NCBI GenBank assembly: GCA_963820525.1 | Contig: CAWGAA010000001.1 | Span: forward strand, 1,056,001 to 1,120,000 | Direction of reading: 5' to 3' | DNA from: an uncultured Spirochaetota bacterium | Lineage (GTDB): Bacteria; Spirochaetota; Spirochaetia; SZUA-6; Fen-1364 | DNA length: 64,000 nucleotides | Shown here: positions 18,929 to 29,188 of the stretch, piece by piece | Position numbering within the stretch: position 1 is the first letter of the stretch | Layout: each line of letters starts with the position of its first letter | Program-made: the position numbers and the translations under genes | Notes under the pieces: model-generated | Told to the model about the DNA's origin: nothing | Database searches by the model: none | What the model saw: only the letters and a program-made list of their open reading frames with translations

Positions 18929-20773
18929 CTAGGACACCAAGGGCAGCGCGGGCTTCGATCCTTTTCCGTCCACCAGCTTCAGGAACTCTTCCCGCTCCAC
19001 AACTTCTTTTTCCAACAGCAGGGTCGCAAGGGCCTCCACCACCTGCCGTTTCTCCTGGATGATGCCGCGCGCCTTGTCGTGGGCCTCCCCCAGGATCCGG
19101 CGCACTTCATCGTCTATTTCGGAGGCGATGCGCTCCGAGTACTCCTTCTCCGTGGGGAACCACGAGTCGCCCTTGAGGAAGGGGTTGTGGGGCCGCTCGT
19201 AGGAAGAGAGCCCCATCTTGCTGCTCATTCCATATTCTTTCACCATGGCCCGGGCGATGTCCGTGGCCTTGAAAAGGTCGTTCTGCGCGCCGGTTGAGAC
19301 GTCGTTGAAGAAGATCTCCTCCGCGGCCCTCCCTCCCAGGAGGGATGCAAGCTTTGCTTCCAGCTCGTTCTTGGTGACGAGATAGCGGTCCTCGGTGGGA
19401 AGCTGGATGGTGTAGCCCAGGGCTGCGATCCCGCGCGGTACGATGGAGATCTTCTGCACCATGTCGTAGCTGCCCGTGTACTGGGTCACGATGGCATGCC
19501 CCGCTTCGTGGAACGCGACGATCTTCTTCTCCGCCGGGCTTATCAGCCTCTTCTTCTTCTCGAGGCCCGCGATCATCCGATCGATGGCCTCGCTGAACTC
19601 GGCCATGGTGACTTCCGTCTTGGAGTGGCGGGCCGCAAGCAGCGCCGCCTCGTTGACGATATTGGCAAGGTCTGCCCCCACCATTCCCGGGGTGCGCTGC
19701 GCGATCACCCTCAGGTTCACGTTGGGACTGAGCTTCACCCCTTTCGCGTGGATCATCAGGATGGCTTCCCTGCCGTTCAAGTCCGGCCTGTCCACCAGCA
19801 CCTGGCGGTCGAACCTTCCGGGCCGAAGGAGCGCCGGGTCGAGGATCTCGGGCCTGTTGGTGGCGCCCATGATGATGACGCCCTTTCTGGTGTCGAACCC
19901 GTCCATCTCGGTGAGAAGCTGGTTCAAGGTCTGTTCCCTCTCGTCGTAGCCGCCCATGGGGTTGTAGCCGCGGGCCTTGCCCAGCGCGTCAAGCTCGTCG
20001 ATGAAGATGATGCAGGGCGCCTTTCCCGACGCCTGGCCGAAGAGGTCGCGCACCCGCGCGGCGCCCACTCCGACGAACATCTCCACGAACTCGGAGCCCG
20101 AGATGCTGAAGAAGGGCACGCCCGCTTCTCCCGCCACGGCCTTGGCGAGGAGAGTCTTCCCCGTTCCTGGAGCGCCCACCAGGAGAATGCCGCGGGGGAT
20201 CCTCCCTCCCAGGAGCTCGAAGCGCCGGGGGGTCTTGAGGAAGTCCACCACCTCCTGAAGCTCCTCCTTGGCCTCCTCGATGCCGGCCACGTCCGCGAAG
20301 GTGATCCGCTTGGCCCCCTGGTCCGCCACCAGCTTGGCCTTGCTCTGACCGAAGGAAAGCACGCCCTGGCCCCCCGATCCCATTCTGTACATGAAGAAAT
20401 TCCACAGGGCGAACATGAGAACGATGGGCAGGACCCAGGACAGAATGTTGGCAAGCCAGTTGTTCTGCGTCTTGCCCGTGAACTTCACGTCATGAGATTG
20501 AAGGAAGGTGGTGAGGTTGGGATCGTCGACGCGCACGGCGTGAAAATCCATGGGCTGGCCGTTGGGGCCTTTCATCACCCCCTGGATGTCGGTGGGCGAG
20601 ATCACCACGGACTGCACCTTCCCATCGGTGGCCGCCTTGATGAAATCGCTGTAGGCGATATCCGTGACGGCGAAGCCCCCCTGCATGAAGTACTGGAGGG
20701 CGAGGATCATCAGCAGCCCGATCACCACGTACCCGATGGAAAACTGCGTCTTTTTGTGCTGTTCCGGGTTCAT
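18929..20773 (-). CDS. ftsH: ATP-dependent zinc metalloprotease FtsH
   Basis: Two TM segments, [29 protein letters not shown] at 20773 after GAGG. Confidence 0.95.
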   Translation of the reverse strand: MNPEQHKKTQFSIGYVVIGLLMILALQYFMQGGFAVTDIAYSDFIKAATDGKVQSVVISPTDIQGVMKGPNGQPMDFHAVRVDDPNLTTFLQSHDVKFTGKTQNNWLANILSWVLPIVLMFALWNFFMYRMGSGGQGVLSFGQSKAKLVADQGAKRITFADVAGIEEAKEELQEVVDFLKTPRRFELLGGRIPRGILLVGAPGTGKTLLAKAVAGEAGVPFFSISGSEFVEMFVGVGAARVRDLFGQASGKAPCIIFIDELDALGKARGYNPMGGYDEREQTLNQLLTEMDGFDTRKGVIIMGATNRPEILDPALLRPGRFDRQVLVDRPDLNGREAILMIHAKGVKLSPNVNLRVIAQRTPGMVGADLANIVNEAALLAARHSKTEVTMAEFSEAIDRMIAGLEKKKRLISPAEKKIVAFHEAGHAIVTQYTGSYDMVQKISIVPRGIAALGYTIQLPTEDRYLVTKNELEAKLASLLGGRAAEEIFFNDVSTGAQNDLFKATDIARAMVKEYGMSSKMGLSSYERPHNPFLKGDSWFPTEKEYSERIASEIDDEVRRILGEAHDKARGIIQEKRQVVEALATLLLEKEVVEREEFLKLVDGKGSKPALPLVS

Positions 20774-21069
20774 TTCCTTTTCACCTCTTTGATGGCTTTC
20801 CGCAGTCGCTCCCAGGGGTCCGCCGGAATATGACTGAAGCGACACCCCGGTGCGTGGATCGAGCGGGCGCGGTATACACCTTCCGCCAGGTCCTCCCTGT
20901 GCACCGGCACAAGCCCCATGCGGGAGAGCTGCGCGAGAAGCGTGAGCCGGCGGCTGGGCAGGTTCCAGCAGGCGGGGCAGACCCCGATCGTCGCCAGGTC
21001 TCCCGTGCGCTTGCCGCGCACGCGGACAAAGGCGCGCCCTTCCAGCACCGCCTTCTTCCTCACGTTCAC
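20770..21069 (-). CDS. Small basic hypothetical protein with CxxC, coupled to ftsH
   Basis: GTG start after GGGAG; stop overlaps the ftsH ATG (ATGA); CPAC motif. Confidence 0.5.
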   Translation of the reverse strand: MNVRKKAVLEGRAFVRVRGKRTGDLATIGVCPACWNLPSRRLTLLAQLSRMGLVPVHREDLAEGVYRARSIHAPGCRFSHIPADPWERLRKAIKEVKRK

Positions 21070-21223
21070 GTAAGTCGATTCTCCCGACTTCAATTTAATG
21101 TCTGTGCAGGTCGAAAACAAGCGACGGAAACGCGTGCTGTCGGAGGCCCCCGGCGTGCCCGACGCTTTCTTGACACTCCCACTCGCGCTCGCCTATACAA
21201 TGGGGACTCTCGAGGAGGCATGA

Positions 21224-22216
21224 GTGAAGGTTCTTTTCACGGGTATTCAACCCACCGGCGATATCCACATCGGAAACTTCTTCGGCGCAATCAGGAACTG
21301 GGTGGACATCCAGGCGCGGTACCGATCCTACATCTCCATCGTGGACCTTCACGCCGTCACGATTCCCTATGAGGCGGCCGAGATGCCCGCCCGGGTCTCC
21401 GAGCTGGCCATGACGCTTTACGCATGCGGCATCGACATGGAAAAGACCACCCTCTTCGTGCAGTCCGAGGTGCCGGGCCACGCGGACCTCACGTGGCTGT
21501 TCAACTCGATCACCCCGCTGGGAGAGCTGGAGAGGATGACCCAGTTCAAGGACAAGGCCGCCCAGTTCAGGAAGACCGTGAACGTGGGGCTCCTCGACTA
21601 CCCCGTGCTCCAGGCCGCCGACATCCTCATCTACAAGGGCGAGGTGGTCCCCGTGGGCGAGGACCAGGTCCAGCACGTGGAGTTCACCCGGGAGGTGGCG
21701 CGGCACTTCAACTCGCGCTACGGCGACACGTTCCCCGAGTGCGAGGCGCTCCTCGCCTCCTCCCCCCGGATCGTGGGGCTGGACGGCGAGTCCAAGATGA
21801 GCAAGAGCAAGGGAAACACGATCGGCATCCTGGAGACCCCCGAGGAGATCTGGGCAAAAATCGCACCGGCAAAAACCGACCCGGCGCGGATGCGCAGGAG
21901 CGATCCCGGGCATCCCGACCGGTGCAACATATTCTCCTATCATGGGCTTGTCACCCCGAGCGCCCAGCGGGAGGAGATCTCCGCCGGGTGCACGTCCGCG
22001 GGGATCGGCTGCATCGACTGCAAGAAGATGCTGCATGCGAACCTCATGAAGGTCCTGGACCCCATCCGCGAGCGTCACAGCGAGCTTGCCGGCGGCCGAA
22101 GGGCCGAGGTGAGCGATCGGCTGGAGGCAAACGCGGAGGCGTGCAGAAAGGTGGCGGCCCAGACCATCCTCGAGGTGAAAGGGAAAATGGGGTTGAAGAA
22201 AGTATGGAAAATCTAG
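21224..22216 (+). CDS. trpS: Tryptophan--tRNA ligase
   Basis: GIQPTG, HIGN, VPVGEDQ, KMSKS. Confidence 0.96.
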   Translation: MKVLFTGIQPTGDIHIGNFFGAIRNWVDIQARYRSYISIVDLHAVTIPYEAAEMPARVSELAMTLYACGIDMEKTTLFVQSEVPGHADLTWLFNSITPLGELERMTQFKDKAAQFRKTVNVGLLDYPVLQAADILIYKGEVVPVGEDQVQHVEFTREVARHFNSRYGDTFPECEALLASSPRIVGLDGESKMSKSKGNTIGILETPEEIWAKIAPAKTDPARMRRSDPGHPDRCNIFSYHGLVTPSAQREEISAGCTSAGIGCIDCKKMLHANLMKVLDPIRERHSELAGGRRAEVSDRLEANAEACRKVAAQTILEVKGKMGLKKVWKI

Positions 22217-23541
22217 AGCCCGATCTGAAGGACCTGCGCGTCGAAAGCCTGGGAGAGCCCTCTCTCCCCTCCCCCCTTGGACTGAGCACCGTCTATGGGG
22301 ACGACACGGCGAACTACGTTGATGACAGCCAATCCGTCCTGATGCTTCAGGACAGGGACGAGGTGGTGGCCCGGGTCAAGCAGGGGAAGCCTCTCCCCGC
22401 CTTCGAGCGGGCCGGACCGAGGCAGAAGATCTACTTCGATTCGGCGAAAACCCGCGCCGCGATCGTCACCTGCGGGGGGTTGTGCCCGGGAATCAACAAC
22501 GTCATCCGCACGCTGGTGATGGAGCTGTTCTACCGCTACGGCGTGAAAACAGTTTTCGGCATCAGGTACGGATTCCGCGGGTTCATCCCCCGCTATGGGT
22601 ATGAGCCGATGGAGCTCACCCCGGAGACGGTCCGCGACATCCACGAAAAGGGGGGGAGCATTCTCGCCTCCTCGCGCGGGGCGCAGGACGCCGGGGAGAT
22701 CGTCAATGCCCTGACGCGGATGAAGGTTTCTCTCCTTTTCGTGATCGGCGGGGATGGAACCCTTCGGGGAGCCAATGCCGTTGTCAAAACGATACGGGAG
22801 CGGAACCTCTCCATCGCCGTCATTGGCGTCCCCAAGACGGTTGACAATGACATCTCGTTCGTGGAGAAGACCTTCGGACTGGAAACCGCCTTCTCGGTGG
22901 CGGGTGAGGCGATCCGAAGCGCCCACACGGAGGCCATCGGGGCTCCGAACGGAATCGGGATCGTCAAGGTGATGGGCAGGGGATCGGGGTTCATCGCGGC
23001 CAACGCCGCGCTCGCGCTGAACGAAGTGAACTTCGTGCTCATCCCGGAAGTTCCCTTCGCCCTGGAGGGACCCCGCGGGCTCTTTTCCTGCCTGGAGGAG
23101 CGCCTGCGCAGGAGAGGTCACGCCGTGATAATCGTGGCCGAGGGAGCCGGACAGGAATATGTGACCGACCCTTCGGGAAAGAAGGACGAATCGGGAAACC
23201 TCGTCCTGGGAGACATCGGCATTTTCCTCAAGGACGCGATCAAGCGTTACTTCAGGGAGCACACCGACATCTACGTGAACATCAAGTACATCGACCCCAG
23301 CTACCTGGTGCGCTCCGTGCCCGCCAACTCCAACGATTCGATCTTCTGCATGCAGCTTGCGCAGAACGCCGTGCATGCCGGGATGGCGGGAAAGACCGCC
23401 ACGATCATCGGCCTGTGGCACGGCCAGTTCACCCACGTGCCCATCCAGCTTGCAGCCTCACGAAGGAAGTATCTCTCTCCCGAGGATCCCCTCTGGCTGT
23501 CGGTCATTGAGAGCACGGGCCAACCCGCCCGCATAGGGTAG
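22204..23541 (+). CDS. pfkA: ATP-dependent 6-phosphofructokinase, long spirochaete-like clade
   Basis: TCGGLCPG, GGDGT, PKTVDND, MGR; true start ATG at 22204 (MENLEP). Confidence 0.92.
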   Translation: MENLEPDLKDLRVESLGEPSLPSPLGLSTVYGDDTANYVDDSQSVLMLQDRDEVVARVKQGKPLPAFERAGPRQKIYFDSAKTRAAIVTCGGLCPGINNVIRTLVMELFYRYGVKTVFGIRYGFRGFIPRYGYEPMELTPETVRDIHEKGGSILASSRGAQDAGEIVNALTRMKVSLLFVIGGDGTLRGANAVVKTIRERNLSIAVIGVPKTVDNDISFVEKTFGLETAFSVAGEAIRSAHTEAIGAPNGIGIVKVMGRGSGFIAANAALALNEVNFVLIPEVPFALEGPRGLFSCLEERLRRRGHAVIIVAEGAGQEYVTDPSGKKDESGNLVLGDIGIFLKDAIKRYFREHTDIYVNIKYIDPSYLVRSVPANSNDSIFCMQLAQNAVHAGMAGKTATIIGLWHGQFTHVPIQLAASRRKYLSPEDPLWLSVIESTGQPARIG

Positions 23542-23558
23542 CAGGCCCTGGGGCTCTT

Positions 23559-24635
23559 CTACCTCACCGAGAACTTGTGCACCGTGGTCGAGGAGTACCT
23601 GTGGCCGGGGGCCAGAACCACCGATGGGAAGGCCGGCTTGTTCGGCGAATCGGGGAAGTGCTGGGTCTCCAGGCACAGCGCGCTTCTCCTGCCGTAGGAC
23701 CTGCCGCTCTTGCCCTCGATGGTCCCATCCAGGAAGTTTCCGGTGTAGAACTGGACTCCCGGCTCCGTGGTGAGAACCTCCATGAACCTCCCGGACACAG
23801 GCTCGTGAACGGTGGCGGCCGTGGCGAGCCCTTCCGGCTTCTGACGGTTGATCACCCAGTTATGATCGTATCCGCCGCCGAGCTTGAGCTGTTCGAAGTC
23901 GGCTCCGATCCGCTCACCCACGGCGTGCGGCTTGGTGAAGTCCATGGGGGTGCCGGCAACCGGCGCAAGCTCTCCCGTCGGGATCAATCCCGCGGCAACG
24001 GGCGTGTAGCGGTTTGCATTGATCGTGACCACGTGGCCCAGGATGTCTCCGTTCCCCTCCCCGGCGAGGTTCCAATAGGCGTGATTGGTGAGATTCACGA
24101 TGGTGGTCCTGTCCGTGACCGCCGCGTATTCCATGGAAAGCTGGTTTCCCGTGTCCAGCCAGTACGTGACGGTCACATCCAGGGTTCCCGGAAAGCCTTC
24201 CTCTCCGTCTCCGCTCCTGTAGGCAAGCTCGACGCCGGCCGCTCCGGGCTTCCGCACTTCGCGAGCAAGCCAGACCGCCTTGTCGAAGCCCTTTTTGCCT
24301 CCGTGGAGACAGTTGGCCCCATCATTGGCCGCCAGGCGGTATTCCTTTCCCTCCAGCGTGAAGCGGGCCCCGCCGATACGGTTCGCGTAGCGTCCCACGA
24401 TGCAGCCGAAGAATGGGCTCGCCGTGAGATAGCCCCCCAGCGTCTCATGCCCCAGCACGACATCCGCGAACCGGCCCGACTTGTCGGGCACCAGAAGGGA
24501 AACGATGATTCCCCCGTAGGTGGCGATGGAGAGCGCCATTCCCTTGGGATTGGAAAGGCTGTACAACTCCACGCTCTTGCCGCCCACCGTGCCGAACGGC
24601 TTCTTCGAGATAGTGACTTCCGCTTTTGCCTTCAT
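23559..24635 (-). CDS. galM: Aldose 1-epimerase
   Basis: GRYANRI, LHGG, NLTNHAYWNL, GYDHN, CLETQHFPD. Confidence 0.93.
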   Translation of the reverse strand: MKAKAEVTISKKPFGTVGGKSVELYSLSNPKGMALSIATYGGIIVSLLVPDKSGRFADVVLGHETLGGYLTASPFFGCIVGRYANRIGGARFTLEGKEYRLAANDGANCLHGGKKGFDKAVWLAREVRKPGAAGVELAYRSGDGEEGFPGTLDVTVTYWLDTGNQLSMEYAAVTDRTTIVNLTNHAYWNLAGEGNGDILGHVVTINANRYTPVAAGLIPTGELAPVAGTPMDFTKPHAVGERIGADFEQLKLGGGYDHNWVINRQKPEGLATAATVHEPVSGRFMEVLTTEPGVQFYTGNFLDGTIEGKSGRSYGRRSALCLETQHFPDSPNKPAFPSVVLAPGHRYSSTTVHKFSVR

Positions 24636-24684
24636 AGCTTGAGAGTATGATTGCCCGCCAGCGGAGTTGTCAACGTGGCTCCGG

Positions 24685-25512
24685 CTATCGTATGAACCCT
24701 GCGATGTTAATCCGGAAAATCTTTCCAAACCTGTTGCTGGGGCCATAGAGAAAATCACTGTTCTGAGCAGTCTTTCCGAACCGAAGCATATCGATATAGG
24801 GATTCTTCTTTTCTCCAGTTTCCATCAGAATTTTCTCTTTTGCGTGTTTCGATAATAAATAGAATGATTCGTATTCAGGACCCTTTATGACAATGGTATC
24901 GCCTCGAATCTCGACGTATTCAGGGCAGTATTCAGCATCGCGGAAAACTGCTGTTAACTCTCCCCTGGTACCGTCTTTCTTCAGCGTGCACCGGATCAAC
25001 TGGCCGTTATTATTCTCACAAAAATAGAGGTTTTGATAACCCGCATCAAATCTCATACCGATGATATTTTCAATTCCTTTGCCTGTTTCTTTTTCGCCAT
25101 CGATAAAAACCGATTTCTTCAAATCCGGCGTATATCTGAATATTTGACTGCCGCTTGATACGAACATGTTCCCTTTATCGTCGAAGACAATACCGCAGGC
25201 CCCATAGTTGCCAGGAAATGCTTCCGGTCCGAAGATCAAATCGAAAATATAGAGGTTGGCCGTTTCCGGTGTTCCGAGCTCTTCAACCACTGCGAATTGG
25301 CTTGCCTTGCCGTCCTGCGTTATTTTAAGCACGGAAAAACCGGATTTGATGACATACATGTTGCCTTGCTCATCCATCACGATCCCATGAAGGGAACCCT
25401 CTAATTCGGCAAAAACTTCTGCTTTGACAGTAGTTTCAGCGTACGCCGCGAGAGATACTACAAACATCAAGAGAAGCTCTAAAACAAAGCTTTTTTTAAA
25501 CAACCTGTTCAT
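24685..25512 (-). CDS. AT-rich exported beta-propeller-like protein (SMP-30/NHL-like)
   Basis: Signal peptide after GGAGG; repeated GIVxDxxGNMYV blades; visibly lower GC than the flanks. Confidence 0.6.
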   Translation of the reverse strand: MNRLFKKSFVLELLLMFVVSLAAYAETTVKAEVFAELEGSLHGIVMDEQGNMYVIKSGFSVLKITQDGKASQFAVVEELGTPETANLYIFDLIFGPEAFPGNYGACGIVFDDKGNMFVSSGSQIFRYTPDLKKSVFIDGEKETGKGIENIIGMRFDAGYQNLYFCENNNGQLIRCTLKKDGTRGELTAVFRDAEYCPEYVEIRGDTIVIKGPEYESFYLLSKHAKEKILMETGEKKNPYIDMLRFGKTAQNSDFLYGPSNRFGKIFRINIAGFIR

Positions 25513-25615
25513 AACAACCTCCACAATAAAAAGTTTCTCTCTGAAAACTTCTGCCAGGTGCAGCCTGTCGCACGGCAGTCGTTGCATTATTCGAAACTGC
25601 CGGCTTGTTTTCACC

Positions 25616-25644
25616 TTGACGCGCGCGCGGAGGCGTGCTAAACT
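25616..25644 (+). promoter_or_regulatory. sigma70 promoter of metK
   Basis: TTGACG-17 nt-TAAACT with extended -10 TG. Confidence 0.7.
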
Positions 25645-25663
25645 CTTTTTTGGACCGGTGGTC

Positions 25664-25716
25664 CCGTGGATCGATTTGCGGTGTATTGCAACCACGAAAA
25701 AAAAAGCTAAAAAACC
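25664..25716 (+). ncRNA. SAM-II (SAM_alpha)-like riboswitch aptamer in the metK leader
   Basis: P1 CGTGG(25665-69)/CCACG(25692-96); GATTT..TATTGCAA loop; A-rich linker; GCTAAA (25706-11); GGT/ACC pseudoknot pairing; upstream of SAM synthetase. Confidence 0.8.
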
Positions 25717-25785
25717 AGGAACAAATCCCTTTCGGATTCCCACCTGAGTTTTTTAAGCCCTGCACCTCTAAAGGAGGTTTCACCC

Positions 25786-26947
25786 TTGACTTCAAGAGAC
25801 GAGTTTGTATTCACGTCAGAAAGCGTCGGTGAGGGGCACCCGGATAAAATCTGCGACCAGATATCCGATGCCGTGCTGGACGAGGCGCTGCGCCAGGACA
25901 AGAACTCTCGCGTTGCCTGCGAGGCTTTCACCACGACGGGGCTGGTCCTCGTGGGCGGAGAGATCACGACTTCCGGCTACATAGACCTGCAGCAGGTTGT
26001 GCGCGGAGTCTTGAAATCCATCGGCTACGACGATCCGTCCTACGGCATCGACTACCAATCCTGCTCCGTGATATCCACAATCCAGAAGCAGTCTCCCGAC
26101 ATCGCCCAGGGGGTGAACGGAACCGGCCTGCACCACGAGATGGGCGCGGGAGACCAGGGCATGATGTTCGGCTACGCCTGCGACGAGACGCCCAGCCTGA
26201 TGCCGGCGCCCATCACCCTGGCGCACCAGATCATGCTCACGGCATCCCGGGTGAGGAAGAGCGGCGAGCTTACCTTCCTCAGGCCTGACGGCAAATGCCA
26301 GGTTTCCGTGAAGTACGTGAAGGGAAAGCCCCAGCGGGTGACAACCGTGGTGCTCTCCCACCAGCACTCGGAGGAAGTGAGCTACAAGGAGCTGCAGCAG
26401 GCGCTGATAGAAGAGGTCATAAAGAAGGCCATCCCCGCCGAGCTTCTGGACTCGCAGACCATCTACCACATCAATCCCACGGGAAGGTTCGTGATCGGCG
26501 GGCCCCACGGGGACACGGGGCTCACCGGGCGGAAGATCATCGTGGACACCTACGGCGGAATGGCGCGCCACGGCGGCGGCGCCTTCTCCGGCAAGGACCC
26601 GACAAAGGTGGACCGCTCCGCCTCCTACATGGCGCGCTACATTGCCAAGAACATCGTGGCGGCGGGCCTCTGCTCCAAGTGCGAGGTGCAGATCGCCTAC
26701 GCCATCGGCATCGCCAAACCGGTTTCTTTCTACGTCTCCACGTTCCAGACGGGAAAGGTCGCCCGACGAGAAGATCGAGAAGGCCGTGGAAGAGGTGTTC
26801 GACCTGACTCCCCGGGGAATCATCGACACCCTTGACCTTCTGAGGCCGATCTTCCGCGAGACCGCCTCATACGGCCATTTCGGCCGGGACGGGTTCAGCT
26901 GGGAGAAGACGGATAAGGTGGAAGCCATCAAGGCGAAGCTCCGCTGA
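25786..26947 (+). CDS. metK: S-adenosylmethionine synthetase; single +1 frameshift near 26760, probably a sequence error
   Basis: [32 protein letters not shown]; the C-terminus [20 protein letters not shown] continues in the next frame to 26947. Confidence 0.93.
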
Positions 26948-27100
26948 TGAGGTCGCGGCGGGCGCAGGCTGCCTCATCGGCAGCCTTTTATTAAACGGCG
27001 AAACGTCGGCTGCATAATAAAATAAAGTCTCCCTGAATATGCCCTCCTGACGATGTATAGTTTAATGGTGCGTCTCGTGCCTCGCACCAAGGAGGTACAT

Positions 27101-29050
27101 ATGAACATGCAAAAGAGTTTCCTCTTAATCATAACGGCTGCACTGGTCCTGGTTCTTGGAAGCTGCATTGTCGGAAGCACGAGCGGTACCGTCACGTCAA
27201 ACGACATTGCGAACTTTCAGAAGATCTTCATGTCTTCCTACTTTGCCGAGCGCGGGGGGCAGCCCGGCGGCGCAAAAGCCCTGACGCCGTTCCTTCAGGT
27301 CTCTTGGAGAAGCGGCGCGCGCGCAACGATCCCCGTCAACCAGCTCACCGACAACTCCTTCACAAACCTGACCCCGAAGAGCCTGCCCAACTACCCCGAG
27401 CCTGGGCAGACCACGAGCTTCACCATCGTCATGCGCGACACCACAAACTACGTGTACGACATCACCGCGACGACCACCTACCCCGCCGGAGACGCCAGGT
27501 CCAGCTACGTGGAGGAGTACTACATCAAGGACATAACGCCGGGGAACTGGTCCACACCTGACGGCCTATGGACGGTGGACGATCCGGTGGTCAAGCTGGA
27601 TGCCGGCACGTGGGTGCAGGATCAGAAGTCTCGGGTAGCGCAGGTGCTAACCTTTGCCGACGGAACAGTGCGAAACGAAACCATCGTTTCATCGACAAAC
27701 AACTGGGGATCGGCCCCGACGAATCTGCCCAAGTTCGCTTCCTTTGACGTCAGCGGATCCCTCGACTTCGGGCAATTCTTCTACCCGACAACGGACACGG
27801 GCGCCCAGTTCTCGTCGGTCGTCGTTTACAGCGTCACGCCGTCAACCAATCCCGACTTCTGGTTCTGGCAGGGGGCCCAGGGGCAGAACGTCCTGGGGAT
27901 TCGCTACTACACCGAGTTCAAGGATACCGGAGCGGGCAAGTTCTACGCATACACCATCCTGTTCGAAAAGACCATTTCCACCCTGAGCACCCAGGCCGTA
28001 GCAACTCCACAGACGTGGCAGACCGTCTTTGTGGGCTCCCAGTTCGACACCCTGGCGGAGTCGGTGCTGCGGCAGCAGGTCACTTACAATCTTAGCGGGG
28101 ACAACCCGGATCTGAACACGGGCGTGAGGGTAACCAACATGCAGTCCAGGGTGGTGAACATCACGGGACAAAAGGATTTCTTCCTCCAGGAGCTGAACTC
28201 GGATTACGCCACGTTGAGCGGGTGGGACACGACCACAGTCTACACCCCCAGCGGCGATGCGGCTGAAATCCTGGCGGGAGATCCGAGCAAGTTCCTCTAT
28301 AGCCGGACCGCCACCGAGCCTTCAGGAGGACAGCCGCTCGCGGTGGCAAGCACATCCGGCCTCGGAGACCTGGCAAGCCTCTACACCGCCATCCAGGAAG
28401 GCGCCCTGGCTCAAAACACCGGCACGACCATCCCGGGTGCAATTCCCTCCACAACGCAGGATCTCTCGTTCAACGGCAACCAGGGGAGCACCCAGCCTTA
28501 CCAGGCAAGCTTTGACCTCTCCACCAAGGGAACGGTTGAGGCGTGGGTCTACATCAAGCAGCATACCGACACGGGGGGAATCGTGCACAAGGGCGTCGCG
28601 GCCGACTTCTCCGATGAGTGCTACTCGCTTCAGTTCTGGGGGAACCAGGGGCAGCTGGCGCTGGTGCTGGATCCCACAACGGCAACGGGGAGCGGCGGCT
28701 ACGACCTTTTGACAAGCACGATAAACCTGAACAAGAACAAGTGGTATTACCTTGTTGGCACATGGGACACCACGGCGGCAACTCCCTACATGCGCCTCTA
28801 CATCAATGGGGCATTGAACGCCAGCAAAAATCCCGCAGAGTGCGTTGCCCATGGCGGCGTGCGCACAAACAGCTCCGATCTTTTAATCGGCTCCCAGCTT
28901 CCGGTATTGTACAACGTTACCTACGGATATTTCGGCCTCAACGGCGCCATCAACGGGGTGCGCATTTCCAGCACTGCGACCGCCGCAGCCGACATTCTTA
29001 CCTTCTACAACACATACAAAGGCGATACCAAAGACTGGCCGCATCCCTGA
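27101..29050 (+). CDS. Lipoprotein with C-terminal LamG-like jellyroll domain
   Basis: AAGGAGG RBS, lipobox LGSC, TVEAWV..WYYLVGTWD..LYING. Confidence 0.78.
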   Translation: MNMQKSFLLIITAALVLVLGSCIVGSTSGTVTSNDIANFQKIFMSSYFAERGGQPGGAKALTPFLQVSWRSGARATIPVNQLTDNSFTNLTPKSLPNYPEPGQTTSFTIVMRDTTNYVYDITATTTYPAGDARSSYVEEYYIKDITPGNWSTPDGLWTVDDPVVKLDAGTWVQDQKSRVAQVLTFADGTVRNETIVSSTNNWGSAPTNLPKFASFDVSGSLDFGQFFYPTTDTGAQFSSVVVYSVTPSTNPDFWFWQGAQGQNVLGIRYYTEFKDTGAGKFYAYTILFEKTISTLSTQAVATPQTWQTVFVGSQFDTLAESVLRQQVTYNLSGDNPDLNTGVRVTNMQSRVVNITGQKDFFLQELNSDYATLSGWDTTTVYTPSGDAAEILAGDPSKFLYSRTATEPSGGQPLAVASTSGLGDLASLYTAIQEGALAQNTGTTIPGAIPSTTQDLSFNGNQGSTQPYQASFDLSTKGTVEAWVYIKQHTDTGGIVHKGVAADFSDECYSLQFWGNQGQLALVLDPTTATGSGGYDLLTSTINLNKNKWYYLVGTWDTTAATPYMRLYINGALNASKNPAECVAHGGVRTNSSDLLIGSQLPVLYNVTYGYFGLNGAINGVRISSTATAAADILTFYNTYKGDTKDWPHP

Positions 29051-29072
29051 GAAGCGGAGCAGAAAGAGAATC

Positions 29073-29102
29073 AAGCCGCGGCCCTGTGCCGCGGCTTTTT
29101 TT
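29073..29102 (+). terminator. Intrinsic terminator
   Basis: aagccgcggc-cctgt-gccgcggctt followed by a T run. Confidence 0.85.
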
Positions 29103-29188
29103 CGGCAGGGTATACGCCCGTTTGCGGCCGCTTCATGCTGAGAAGCTCGTTGCGCCCCGGCCCGGCCGCGGATACAATAATCACCGCC

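Noticed and set aside
21424..22203. Long N-terminal extension of pfk, and likewise 56214-56714 for GH53 and 38966-39277 for the sugar dehydrogenase
   Set aside because: These overlap trpS, the recombinase remnant or the tRNA; better starts exist downstream.
26750..26775. Programmed frameshift in metK
   Set aside because: No slippery heptamer; other one-base breaks in the window suggest sequence error.
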